Positions 14,421 through 24,343 of a stretch of 64,000 bases of DNA are shown one piece after another. The notes under the pieces were generated by a model. That model was given only the letters and a program-made list of their open reading frames with translations, was not told where the DNA came from and did no database searches. Location: IMG/VR virus record IMGVR_UViG_3300028840_002431, positions 1 to 64,000 of that record. One strand, given 5' to 3'. Numbering within the stretch: the stretch's first letter is position 1; every line of letters begins with the position of its first letter. Both the position numbers and the translations under genes were made by a program.

Positions 14421-14436
14421 GGTGGGAAAGCGTTGA

Positions 14437-15642
14437 TTAGCGAGTTCCGAAAACGTCCCGAACGTCAGGGGCCGACTTCCAGAGCTTGGACAGCTTGTCG
14501 ATACCTTCGTCTCCACCAGCGGACGAAGCGCCGCCCAGCTTAGAGACACCCTCGGTAGGCTTGGTACCAACTGTCCGGGTGGAAGCGGTACGAACGGCCG
14601 CCTCCTTCTTCTCGCCCTCGTCCTCGTCCTTCTTCTCGTCCTCGCCCTGTTCAGCGGCGAAAAGCTGTTGAAGGACCTCGTCTTCTGGACCCAGGTCTTC
14701 GACGGTCACATCCATCTGGGCTGGCTCCATTTGGATATCCGTCTCAGCCGTCTGGCAACCAGCACCGGCCAGCATGTCGTCCAAAACCTGCTCGTCGGTC
14801 TGGATCACTTGCTCCTGGGGCTGAGCAGTCTGTGTCTGTTGCTGCAAAGCCTCCTGGATCATGTCCTGGACCTGTTGGCTGACTTGTTGAACGTCCTGGA
14901 CCTGGACCTGTTGGTCCTGGGCTTGCTGGGCCTGAGCTTGCTGGGCCTGGACCAGTTGCTGAATCTGCTCCTGGGCCTCTGTGAGATTCCCGGCCTGGAT
15001 GTTCTTGACCACCTCTTCGGCTGTCACATCCTTGGCTTTCTTCTCCTGGCCCTCCTCGTCGTCGTCCTTCTTCTCGCCTTCGTCTTCGGCGGCGGCTTTG
15101 TCACCCTCTTCGGCGGCGGCTTTGTCACCCTCGCCCTCGTCATCGGCCTTCTTGGACGACTGTTGATCTTGGTCCTGATCGCCACCCTGATCATCGTCAT
15201 CGTCATCGTCTTCATCGTCGCCCGCCAACCGCTTGTGGGTATCGATCAACTCTTGATCGGGCAGGTGCATGAGAGACACGGACTGATCTTCGATGGCTTC
15301 CTCAGAGGCGTCCTTCATCATGAGCTTCGCAACAGCGATGCACAGATCCGCCTTCTTGAGTAAGACCTCTTTCGACGCCGTCTTCTCCGGATGATTGAAG
15401 GTATCGCCCCTCATCTCAGGCATACCAATCTCATTCCGACGAACGTCGTCACCAGCGTACTCGGACTCCCAGGTGTTAGGAGTGTGTACGTCTTCAGCGA
15501 ACGTTGACGGATCGCCTGTGACATACTCATCCGCAGGGGGCTGGGTACGGGTCTGGTTCATGGTGTAAGGATCTGCCACTTTGTTTAGAGCAGCAGCCTT
15601 CTTCATTACTTCTTCTCGATTCCAGGTAGAACGCTCACGCAT
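14437..15642 (-). CDS. Capsid scaffolding protein
   Basis: Between protease and decoration/MCP; very acidic and Gln-rich low complexity; C-terminal LSKLWKSAPDVRDVFG candidate capsid-binding tail; many K/R-x-A sites. Confidence 0.75.
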   Translation of the reverse strand: MRERSTWNREEVMKKAAALNKVADPYTMNQTRTQPPADEYVTGDPSTFAEDVHTPNTWESEYAGDDVRRNEIGMPEMRGDTFNHPEKTASKEVLLKKADLCIAVAKLMMKDASEEAIEDQSVSLMHLPDQELIDTHKRLAGDDEDDDDDDDQGGDQDQDQQSSKKADDEGEGDKAAAEEGDKAAAEDEGEKKDDDEEGQEKKAKDVTAEEVVKNIQAGNLTEAQEQIQQLVQAQQAQAQQAQDQQVQVQDVQQVSQQVQDMIQEALQQQTQTAQPQEQVIQTDEQVLDDMLAGAGCQTAETDIQMEPAQMDVTVEDLGPEDEVLQQLFAAEQGEDEKKDEDEGEKKEAAVRTASTRTVGTKPTEGVSKLGGASSAGGDEGIDKLSKLWKSAPDVRDVFGTR

Positions 15643-15687
15643 GGCAGAGTTCCTTTGTTGTTATGTCTGTGTGTTTGTATAAAAGAT

Positions 15688-17163
15688 TTACGACCGTCCT
15701 AAGGCGTACAGCCGACCTTTTTCCAGCAATTGGGCAGCTTCGCTGCCTGTCACTGCCCGGCCGAGCACCTGACGACAAGCCGTCAGGTAGGTCTCTACAT
15801 CTTCATATGGGCCTGTCCCACCTACATTAAGAACGGCCCTATAAACTCTATTTTCGCCAGCCATTGAGGATTTCTTAGTCAGCAAGTCAAGAACTCTGGA
15901 TACAGCTAACACCTCTCTACCCGTAAACCCAGCTTTCCTAACTAAGGACCAACCTCCGTACCTATGTAGAATTACTCCGTGAAGAACCTTTCTAGCCTCT
16001 GTCTTTCCAACAAAAGAAATCACCATTTTGGCGACCTTACGCCATCCGGGGTTCTTCAAGGCTGACCGGATCAACGTCTCATTTTGTTGGTTAGGATCGA
16101 TAGCCCGGACCTTATCCACTTCTTGCTTGTTAAGTTCTTCTCTAATGTTTTCAACGACTTGGTCGCGGACCGCGTCCGTTAAGTCGGTAATAGCTTTTTG
16201 AAGAGGGGCCTCCTGTTTAGGCTCCTCTTTCGGGGCGACATCGTCGTCAGGCACGAACTGTTGTTGCTGACCCAGCCGGGCGGCCTTGGGCATATGGTTA
16301 GGATCAGCCACCGGAGACGGACGCGAGAAAGCTATGTTCATTCGTGTTTCAAGGCCCTCAAACCCGTCGGCCGAGAGAATGTTCCTGAGGACAGCGCCCT
16401 TGAACGCCGGGTTGGCAACCCACGAGGCTTCGATGAACTTAACAGAATCAGGGTCCGAAAAATGACCACATAGCTCAGCGATTATACGTTCGATGCCCTG
16501 TTCGTCCCTGAACTTATTACCCTTGAAGTATCGTACACAGGAACATAGCTGGGCTTCGTCCAGCGCCACGTTTCCACACTTCGTGCATGTGGTGGACGAA
16601 GTGGAGCATCCCATGGACAGGGTGCCCAACTGACCGCTCTTGATGGCCCGGATCAGAGGAGCGTGTCTAAGATCGTTAGCAATCAGGATGTCGATGTATA
16701 CAGAGTCTCCAACATCCCTGGCCGCAGCATCTATGATTCGACCTTTGGATAGCTCCGGGATCTGGACGTGCTCAACATAGGACTGAGCGCCTACAAACGT
16801 CTTGAAGCTGGCCAGTAAGAGCTTGCGCTCGAAAGCGTCGTTATTGTTGTTAACAAACGGGGCCGTCTTCGGGGTAATGTAATAATCGGTATACTTACGA
16901 TCCACCTCAAAGCCGTCCACAAAGTGGCGGCCGAGAGGAGCCGTTGCCTCATCAACATCCACTGACGCCACGATGGTCGCGTGGCTCAGCATGTACTTGG
17001 CCGGATCATACTCCTGTAGGATGACCTTGGCTGTACGCTTCTGAAAGTCTGGCGAAGGAATTACGGCGTTGCTGCGCAGAGCATCCCACTCCGAAAAACT
17101 TACGTCCGGCTTTTGAACAGTTGCTTTTGCGTACTTGAGAAAAGCCATCTGACCTTTAGCCAA
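15688..17163 (-). CDS. Prohead maturation protease with Cys cluster
   Basis: FVEHVQ...KGRIIDA...YIDILIA...IKSGQLGTLSMGCS then CTKCG...CSC, typical of herpes-like phage prohead serine proteases; sits between portal and scaffold. Confidence 0.75.
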   Translation of the reverse strand: MAKGQMAFLKYAKATVQKPDVSFSEWDALRSNAVIPSPDFQKRTAKVILQEYDPAKYMLSHATIVASVDVDEATAPLGRHFVDGFEVDRKYTDYYITPKTAPFVNNNNDAFERKLLLASFKTFVGAQSYVEHVQIPELSKGRIIDAAARDVGDSVYIDILIANDLRHAPLIRAIKSGQLGTLSMGCSTSSTTCTKCGNVALDEAQLCSCVRYFKGNKFRDEQGIERIIAELCGHFSDPDSVKFIEASWVANPAFKGAVLRNILSADGFEGLETRMNIAFSRPSPVADPNHMPKAARLGQQQQFVPDDDVAPKEEPKQEAPLQKAITDLTDAVRDQVVENIREELNKQEVDKVRAIDPNQQNETLIRSALKNPGWRKVAKMVISFVGKTEARKVLHGVILHRYGGWSLVRKAGFTGREVLAVSRVLDLLTKKSSMAGENRVYRAVLNVGGTGPYEDVETYLTACRQVLGRAVTGSEAAQLLEKGRLYALGRS

Positions 17164-17443
17164 CCCTACGCTTCAGTTCTAACACTAGCTGAGACAGCTT
17201 TTCGAACGACTGTCTAGCCTCTTTGCTGCTCTCGTAGGACTCTGACCACCCTTCGTCCAATAGAGGGTTCACACCTTTCAGATCCTTACCCAAATCTTTG
17301 AGGGACCCCTCAGTCTTACCTACAGAACGCGCTAAGTCCGTCATAGCTTTGTCGATATCACGGACCAACTCGTGTAAGCTCTTTCCAGCGCTTCTTGAAA
17401 GACCCCGACGGTCGTAAGTCGTATTTCCGCCTCTGCTCACCAC
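17156..17443 (-). CDS. Hypothetical coiled-coil protein
   Basis: 95-aa ORF overlapping both neighbours by a few nt. Confidence 0.55.
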   Translation of the reverse strand: MVSRGGNTTYDRRGLSRSAGKSLHELVRDIDKAMTDLARSVGKTEGSLKDLGKDLKGVNPLLDEGWSESYESSKEARQSFEKLSQLVLELKRRVG

Positions 17444-18159
17444 CCTAACGACTCCCCCTCAGGATTCAGAATGGAGTCAGATTTGATGAGGAACAAATCC
17501 TGCGGGCACGCAAAAAGCCGCACACATGCGCCATCCTTCATCTTGTAAGTGGTGCGACGCATCTGGGTTCCACACTTGGGGCAAGAGGGCTTCCCAGCAT
17601 CGATTTCCCTCTGGGTCGCCCGGTATGTGCGGTTCAGGGCAACCCAGTAGGCGGCGGTTTTCTCTACGTGTTGCTGAATCCTAAGGTCTCTCAGCCGCTC
17701 TGAGACGCGATAAAACTTCTCGACTTCATCGCGTAAGCTATCGTCCGAAACTCCGGAGGCGGCGTAACGATGCCACAGCGCATCGTAGGCTCCCACCTCA
17801 TTCGCGCCATCCTTCCAGAGTTTCGCCAACTCATGATAAAAACCAGCGGGTAATTCAGACCCTCTCCACGGGGAAGAGGATGCCCAACGTTTTCGAGCTT
17901 CGGCAATGTCGTAGCTCATGTAAGATTGATCGAACTCCGGAGGCATGTAACATGTGAGTTTGGGGTCCACCCGGATGATTTCGTCCGGCGACATCCGTTC
18001 GTTGCCATAAGGCCACTGAACGTCAACTTGCCCCAACCCACGGTGGACCGCTGTTACGCGGCCCACGAACGGAGAAAGCGTAGATCCAGACGCCGGGGCG
18101 AATCGTTCAACGACATCCCCGATGCTGTAATCCTTAACGAGTTTCCAGAAGTCGATCAA
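17437..18159 (-). CDS. Hypothetical protein with C-terminal zinc ribbon
   Basis: CPKCG...LFACPQD. Confidence 0.7.
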   Translation of the reverse strand: MIDFWKLVKDYSIGDVVERFAPASGSTLSPFVGRVTAVHRGLGQVDVQWPYGNERMSPDEIIRVDPKLTCYMPPEFDQSYMSYDIAEARKRWASSSPWRGSELPAGFYHELAKLWKDGANEVGAYDALWHRYAASGVSDDSLRDEVEKFYRVSERLRDLRIQQHVEKTAAYWVALNRTYRATQREIDAGKPSCPKCGTQMRRTTYKMKDGACVRLFACPQDLFLIKSDSILNPEGESLGW

Positions 18160-18176
18160 TTTGAATCCCGCTTACG

Positions 18177-21011
18177 TTATGGAGCGAGAGGGCGGCCGTT
18201 CTCTGCCTTGCCGTGATGCACGCCAGAGGAATCATCGTTCCCGTAGGCTTGCATATACGGCTCGTCAGCTTCCGTCTGATGCGGCTGCGACGGATTCTGG
18301 AAGGTGTCCATGTACGGCTCATCGCCGTCACGCTGAAGGACCTCCGCCTTCTTGTCGCTGGCTTGCAGAATCTGAGCTTGCCGAACGGTCATAGACTTCT
18401 CACCGTAGGCGGCGGTCTCGAAATCGTCAGCAACCCGATCGATCTCGTTCACGAGTTCCTTGGCTTCTTCGAACTTCATGCCCCACTTCTCGTGATTCTC
18501 CTGGATTGTGCTGGCAATACGATCCAGACGAGCCAGAACGCGGTCGGCAGCGCTTGTGTCAAACTCCACTTTGTTGGACATCTTTCTCCTCGCTAGTTTC
18601 TCTGTGGTTGTTAACAACGTCTCATCTTGAGGTTGTGGTTCTCCTGCAAGACGAGCTAACAAACTATTATAGGCGGTCGGATGGATTACACGGTCGTACC
18701 CCTCTGTCCGAATCGCCAAATCTAGAGCCGCCCGATACTGAGCGTCACGAGGCACTCCCTCGATGTTTACTGTCAACACCGGAGCCTGGAGCCATCTCTG
18801 AGCGGACGCCAAAATCTTGGAATACTCACGATCAGTTAGGTCTTGATCCCTAGGTTGTGACCACCCTCGATAAGGATCGACCGCGTTGGGTTCAACACCC
18901 CAATAGACAGCCTGACGATTTTTACCCATCGCAGAAGTATTGAAATAAATAGAAAAAGGATTGGCTGGCCTTAATTTTCCAGCGGCGTGAAGATGCCGGA
19001 CCACCACCCTGACCCTGGCCGAACTACTGGCAGTCCGACTCCTGAAAGAGTCCCAAAACTCTTTGGCCGTCGCTTCTAACTCCTGCGGCTCCTTGCCAAA
19101 CAAGTCATATCTAGGCGGTTTTCTAGGTTCTTGCGGCTCAGAAACACCCTGCTTCGCCAACCGATCTTCGGTGGACAGGGGCACTCTGGCTTTCTTACCC
19201 TCTGCTTTTCTTTCCCTATATCTGGCCATGGCTCTCTTGAACGCGCTCTTCGCTCGACTCAATCGTTTCTTATACGCACGCATCTCTTCTTGGTACTTTT
19301 TGAGGGCGGCTTCGTATTGGCGATTGTCTTCTTCGTCTAATAAATCTTGAATTTCCCTCTGTTTGTCGGGCACCAGGGCACCCAGGTTCCGCGTGATCCT
19401 TAGTTTAAAAAGTGTAGGAATATCGTTATCGACGCTGGGGTAATTTCCCTCTCGCTCCCTGAGGAAACGCATAGCCTTACCCAGTCTTGAAACGATTTCC
19501 TTTGGGGTTTGGTACTCAGATATATGTTCTTTGGAGTCCGGGTCTAAGAACCTCTTACGGGCGTCCTGGTAATCCATAGCCTGTAGATAACCCGTGGCCA
19601 CCTTCTGAGCGGCCGGGTCGGCCCCGAACCTCTTCAAAAGTTTCTTCACGGCTTCCGGTTCGACGGGCTTGTGATCGGTCTTTTCCAAGCCGCTATAAAA
19701 CAACACTTCGGACATTTTGGCGGCTCGTTGGGATCGAGCACTTGGGTTCTCGTCCTTCCCCGACAAAGTGAAACCAGCTAACTCTTCGGCCAAGTCAGGC
19801 GGGATTCCGTCTTTCTCTATACTTTTGGCTACTGCGTTTCGGGCCGCCAAATTCATGGCCACGGTCTGGACTTGATGCCGACGCTTGGCCTCTTCTTTTT
19901 CCTCCCCCTCAGGTAGCTCGTCATAACTGACACTTTTACCGTCGATCTCCACCATCTTGGGGTCCGGGACCTCGGAGGGGTCCATCGTGTAAGACTCCAA
20001 GTTCTCGCGAAGCTTGTCGAAATCCTCCGTCTCAACAGGAATCGACTTGGCGACGTTGAAGTCCGAGATCATCTTGTTAACTTCGTCCGGGTGGATCGGC
20101 GGCCTGATCAGCATCAAATCGAGCGCCACCTCCGGAGAAAACGTTCTCCGTAGCTGGTCACGAGAGTCCTTAAATTCAGCCTGAGTGTACGGACGAGTAG
20201 GAGAGCCAGGAGGAGGTGGAAGCTTCTTTTTCTTCGAAGGCTTCTTCTTAGGTTTTTCGTCCGAGACCTCCTCTGGAATTTCCTCTTCGCTCTCCTCGTC
20301 AGGAGCCTCCTCCTCGTCAGGAGCCTCTTCGGCCGGTACCTCGCCGGACGGTGGTGCGACCGGCTTCGTTGGCCCTTTCTTTTTCTTCGGCTTGAGCTTG
20401 AGGACACGCACCAAATCGCCCAATGTCTCAATTTCCTTGGGCAATGTACGGCCGTGGAAAACGTCTTTGACCTGATCTATGGAGGTCTCCGGGTTCGATA
20501 TAGCCCACGACCCCATGTCTTTCTTCGGGTTCAAGAAATCCTTGAGAAAATTGTCAAATTGGGCGTCGTTCGCCCGCATCGCGGCCAGAGACTTAGCCGC
20601 TTCAAGGTCCGTTTCCGGGGTTTTGACAGCCTTGGGTTTCGCTTCTTCCGGTTCCGCTTCTGGCTGTGGCTTCTCTTCCGGCTCTGGTTCCTCTTTCTTG
20701 ATCTCCTCGTATTTATGAGGCTCTTTCTTGAGCTTCTCTTTCGTGACCTGGACAGTCTTACTGGGGTCCTCCTTCAACCTAACAGTAATCAGGTCCTGCC
20801 TCTTCTTGGCCGTATGGACTGACCCGCCGACATCCTTATAATTATGAGAGAGGTCCTCGTCCTTCTGAGACAAGTCCTCGTCCTTATCAGGCTCTACCCG
20901 CTCACGACGCTTGTCGTGGCGAGGGGGCTTCACCTTGGGACTCTCTCGAACCAGACGCTCAGTCTCTTCGTCTTCGCGCTGAGAATCTGACTTGGTGGCG
21001 AACCGTTCCAT
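18177..21011 (-). CDS. Large head-module protein (944 aa) with probable internal in-frame starts
   Basis: Continuous ORF between portal and protease; internal ATGs at 18929 and at 18581 (the latter with GAGGAG SD). Confidence 0.75.
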   Translation of the reverse strand: MERFATKSDSQREDEETERLVRESPKVKPPRHDKRRERVEPDKDEDLSQKDEDLSHNYKDVGGSVHTAKKRQDLITVRLKEDPSKTVQVTKEKLKKEPHKYEEIKKEEPEPEEKPQPEAEPEEAKPKAVKTPETDLEAAKSLAAMRANDAQFDNFLKDFLNPKKDMGSWAISNPETSIDQVKDVFHGRTLPKEIETLGDLVRVLKLKPKKKKGPTKPVAPPSGEVPAEEAPDEEEAPDEESEEEIPEEVSDEKPKKKPSKKKKLPPPPGSPTRPYTQAEFKDSRDQLRRTFSPEVALDLMLIRPPIHPDEVNKMISDFNVAKSIPVETEDFDKLRENLESYTMDPSEVPDPKMVEIDGKSVSYDELPEGEEKEEAKRRHQVQTVAMNLAARNAVAKSIEKDGIPPDLAEELAGFTLSGKDENPSARSQRAAKMSEVLFYSGLEKTDHKPVEPEAVKKLLKRFGADPAAQKVATGYLQAMDYQDARKRFLDPDSKEHISEYQTPKEIVSRLGKAMRFLREREGNYPSVDNDIPTLFKLRITRNLGALVPDKQREIQDLLDEEDNRQYEAALKKYQEEMRAYKKRLSRAKSAFKRAMARYRERKAEGKKARVPLSTEDRLAKQGVSEPQEPRKPPRYDLFGKEPQELEATAKEFWDSFRSRTASSSARVRVVVRHLHAAGKLRPANPFSIYFNTSAMGKNRQAVYWGVEPNAVDPYRGWSQPRDQDLTDREYSKILASAQRWLQAPVLTVNIEGVPRDAQYRAALDLAIRTEGYDRVIHPTAYNSLLARLAGEPQPQDETLLTTTEKLARRKMSNKVEFDTSAADRVLARLDRIASTIQENHEKWGMKFEEAKELVNEIDRVADDFETAAYGEKSMTVRQAQILQASDKKAEVLQRDGDEPYMDTFQNPSQPHQTEADEPYMQAYGNDDSSGVHHGKAENGRPLAP

Positions 21012-21040
21012 CGGTAGAACAAATCTATCGAAAGACTAAT

Positions 21041-22834
21041 CTACCACCGCTCCTCTTCACCGCCGCCCTCGGGTTTCGGCACCTCTTTAAGCTTCAATGC
21101 CTTTTGGACCCTATCGACCACGTCTGTGTTTTCGATGATACGGTCTGCCACGCCATTGTAGATGCCCCGGAGAGCTTCGTTGAACAGGGCGTCGTTGACC
21201 GTAAACATGTCCTTCTCTAACTTGAGCTTGGTGTCGTCCGGATCGATGTTGAACATCTCCAAAATGAGACTGATGTCGATCGACCCCTTCTGGTAGAGAT
21301 TGAACAGGGCGTCATAAGTGTCCTGGGAGTCCCGCAGCGGTAGTCTCGTGAACGAGAGACGAGGGTATAACACCACCTCACCACCCCAGGCGTTCTTCTC
21401 CACAAACCCCTTGCGCCGGGCAATGGGCTTAAAGAGATAGTTCTCCACATATTCCTGAACCATCTCCCGCAAGAACATGTACCGGGTGTTTATGACTTCG
21501 AGCTTGAGCCTGTCTCCGGAGTACAACGTCTCTCCGGATAACAGGCTCTCAGTGACACCCAGACCCGCGTACAGTTGCTTGTCCGTGATGTCATATTCGC
21601 TCGACAAATCCAGAAGCCGGTCCCTGGCTCCGATTTCTTCCCAACGGACTTCATAGTTGGTGACAATCGAATAGTCAGGATCGACGAGGGCCAAATCGAC
21701 TTGCTCCCTCAAATCGTTAACATCCATCTCGGAAATTCTGTCGCCCCAGACGATACGCTTGGGCGTCATCGCCCTGGAAGCAATCTGGGTCTGAGCCTGA
21801 CGTAGCTTTTCCCGGTAGTACAACGTCCGGAGAACGCGGTCTAAGATGCTCTGCCCCAGGTCTTCGCCAGCACCACGTCGCCCGGCTAGGTAATAACAGA
21901 ATGACCCCTCATCCGGGTCTGTGCCCAAGGGAATGAGTTTACCGTTTTCAATATGATCCCGTACCTCTTCAGGCATCTCGCGGACCATCTCTTCCGCGAA
22001 CTCGTCACCGGACTTAGCCTGATTTATAAGAGCGCGGTCCCGCTCGGCCGGTATCAACTCAACACGTAGCTTATCCGTGAACGAATAAGTCGTGACTTTT
22101 ACCTGATCAATGGGCAGGAGGATGAGCCGATCCCATCCCTGATAGTACTCCTGGTAGTAAGATAGCTCCTGATCCTCACGGTCCTCTCGTTCGACCAGAC
22201 CTACCTCAGGCTCTTCTTTAGCCTCACCTGACTCCGTGACAATCGACTTAACACCAATAGCCTTCTCGTCATATCCGATGTCATCCGGAACCTTGACCTC
22301 GGAGTCTTCAGCAAACACGAAGACTCCGCCATCCAACCAGTAGTGGTGAACCATTGTGACGAGCCGCTGGAACAACTTTATACGGTCACACATGGTCGTG
22401 AAGAACCACAGAATGTAGTTGGCGTAGTCGTGAGGGTCTTTGAAGCCTTCCGGGCAAGTAGTTGGCTTCGGGGTAGCCAACCGGACCTTCGACAAGGGTA
22501 GTTCCGTATGCAGATCGATGGACTGCCCCACGATCGGGTCGGTGTTATAAAAGTGCCTGTAGATCTCCCGCTTCTCACGTAGAGACTGCGGCAACTCCAG
22601 AAAATCGGTAGACAACTGCGGGGAGAAGAACTGCCCGGCAGAAGCCATCGTCGTATTCCCGCTGCCGTAGCCGCCAAAGTCGCAATTGGCTATCTTCTGG
22701 AGCTTACGAGCCTCTAGCTCCTTTGGGGTCAAAGAACTGACCGGGCCTTTGGCAATGTACGGGGAAGGCATCGCCCGTGTGACCACGGTCGCGTAAGGAG
22801 CAGAAGTGGCGTTCGTGAACTTTCTAGTGGGCAT
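21041..22834 (-). CDS. Portal protein
   Basis: 597 aa downstream of terminase; YRHFYNTDPIVGQSIDLHTELP, SILDRVLRTLYYREKLRQAQ and LYAGLGVTESLLSG match large-phage portal patterns. Confidence 0.8.
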   Translation of the reverse strand: MPTRKFTNATSAPYATVVTRAMPSPYIAKGPVSSLTPKELEARKLQKIANCDFGGYGSGNTTMASAGQFFSPQLSTDFLELPQSLREKREIYRHFYNTDPIVGQSIDLHTELPLSKVRLATPKPTTCPEGFKDPHDYANYILWFFTTMCDRIKLFQRLVTMVHHYWLDGGVFVFAEDSEVKVPDDIGYDEKAIGVKSIVTESGEAKEEPEVGLVEREDREDQELSYYQEYYQGWDRLILLPIDQVKVTTYSFTDKLRVELIPAERDRALINQAKSGDEFAEEMVREMPEEVRDHIENGKLIPLGTDPDEGSFCYYLAGRRGAGEDLGQSILDRVLRTLYYREKLRQAQTQIASRAMTPKRIVWGDRISEMDVNDLREQVDLALVDPDYSIVTNYEVRWEEIGARDRLLDLSSEYDITDKQLYAGLGVTESLLSGETLYSGDRLKLEVINTRYMFLREMVQEYVENYLFKPIARRKGFVEKNAWGGEVVLYPRLSFTRLPLRDSQDTYDALFNLYQKGSIDISLILEMFNIDPDDTKLKLEKDMFTVNDALFNEALRGIYNGVADRIIENTDVVDRVQKALKLKEVPKPEGGGEEERW

Positions 22835-23244
22835 TAGCCTTCGCTACCCGTGCCGGTTGGCACTTGCGTAAGGGACTCCTCTACATAGGTTCTAATCAAA
22901 GATTCCATAGGGCTGCTTGTCGCCAGTCGTCTTTCCTCCCGCTGTTGCTGCCGTTGCTGCTTATGTTGCCGCTCACGTTCACGGTCGGCTGATTCAGCCC
23001 GTACCTCGGATAACCGGTCTAACACCTTCGAGGTCCGTATGGTCCGGTTCGAAACCTGCCGAACAGCGCCCGCGTACCTTATTACGGCGTTGGCGTAAGT
23101 CATGTAAATCGTTGTGCTATCGTCCACCGGGCTTCTCCTAACACGACGGTACAATGAGTCTGCCAAGGCGTGTACCCGGAAAGCCCGCGTCTTGATCTCA
23201 TCCTGGAGAGTGGCGACCTCCGAGACCACTTCTTCGTTACTCAT
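22834..23244 (-). CDS. Hypothetical helical protein
   Basis: Start reassigned to ATG 23244 (the longer ORF overlaps the upstream gene); TAATG coupling to the portal gene. Confidence 0.65.
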   Translation of the reverse strand: MSNEEVVSEVATLQDEIKTRAFRVHALADSLYRRVRRSPVDDSTTIYMTYANAVIRYAGAVRQVSNRTIRTSKVLDRLSEVRAESADRERERQHKQQRQQQREERRLATSSPMESLIRTYVEESLTQVPTGTGSEG

Positions 23245-23261
23245 ATGGTCAGGATTGCGAT

Positions 23262-23825
23262 TCACAGAGTGACCTGGATACCTAAGAAATGCTGATTGAC
23301 GGGCTGTGGCTTTTGTGCCGTCCGCCCAACGTTGAGTGCTGGAGCGAGAGGACTTCCAGAAAGGGTCAACTCGTCCTCCTTGGTCCACAGACCGCGCAAC
23401 GAGAAATACAAAGTATCGTTGACGTTATACACCAGTGGAACGAGCGGGCCGCCGCCTGTCCGAGACGCATACGTGTAATGCTCGTACGAAGAAGTCGATA
23501 TTAAGGCGCTCCCTCCACACAAGACAGCGTCCCCGTAGACAAGTTGTTGGCGGGTCATGGCCGTGTACTGGTCGGCCGACTCGTCCGATCCCCACAATAA
23601 GAACCCACCGAACTGCCCAGAGGAATACGTTACCACGAACTCGTCGGCGTCTGAGTTCACCCACTGGACCCCTTGGCCTCCCGGCCAACCGCCTTGTAAC
23701 ATCGCGTCGTCTACGCGAACCATGAAGGTGTCATCCTTCATGAACATCACGCAATCTCGGCCCCGGATTATATCAAACCCGTGAAAATCGACTTGAAACG
23801 AACCTATGGGCGGTGGAAAAGGCAT
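23262..23825 (-). CDS. Decoration-protein-like paralog 3 of 3
   Basis: GWPGGQGV.W, GFLLWGSDES, YEHYTY, YFSLRGLWT shared with two upstream neighbours. Confidence 0.75.
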   Translation of the reverse strand: MPFPPPIGSFQVDFHGFDIIRGRDCVMFMKDDTFMVRVDDAMLQGGWPGGQGVQWVNSDADEFVVTYSSGQFGGFLLWGSDESADQYTAMTRQQLVYGDAVLCGGSALISTSSYEHYTYASRTGGGPLVPLVYNVNDTLYFSLRGLWTKEDELTLSGSPLAPALNVGRTAQKPQPVNQHFLGIQVTL

Positions 23826-24343
23826 CAGATCAACGGTTGAACCATAAGGTATTGTTTGTTGTCAGCACTGGGAGCGTGAATCACGGTCCCCACGAAAATA
23901 GTGTTCGGCGCTCTCGGGTCCCCACTGATGGTCCACTCATCCTGGGGTGTGAAATACCCTCTCAGAGAGAAATGAAGCCGGGTTCCCGGCACATAAGCAT
24001 TCTCCACCAAAGGAGGAACCAGCCGGGACTGCAATGTGTAACGTTCGTACGTTAACGTTGAGATGATCCAGGTCCCAGCGCCTATAACCCCGAAGTTGTA
24101 CTTCGTCTGGTTCCCGGTATAGGAGATGAACTGATCACTGTCTTCATTGGAACCCCACAGCAAAAAGCCAGCGGCTTCTCCGTCCGAGAAGGTCACGGTG
24201 AAATTATCCGACCCGCTGTCGAACCATTTGACCCCCTGGCCACCGGGCCAGCCAGCTTGTGACATCGCCGCAGACAGATTGACCGGGACGGCCAAATCCT
24301 TGACGAATATAATCACATCTCGTTCGCGGACAATTTCTGTCAT
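23825..24343 (-). CDS. Decoration-protein-like paralog 2 of 3
   Basis: Same motifs; TGATG translational coupling. Confidence 0.75.
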   Translation of the reverse strand: MTEIVRERDVIIFVKDLAVPVNLSAAMSQAGWPGGQGVKWFDSGSDNFTVTFSDGEAAGFLLWGSNEDSDQFISYTGNQTKYNFGVIGAGTWIISTLTYERYTLQSRLVPPLVENAYVPGTRLHFSLRGYFTPQDEWTISGDPRAPNTIFVGTVIHAPSADNKQYLMVQPLI

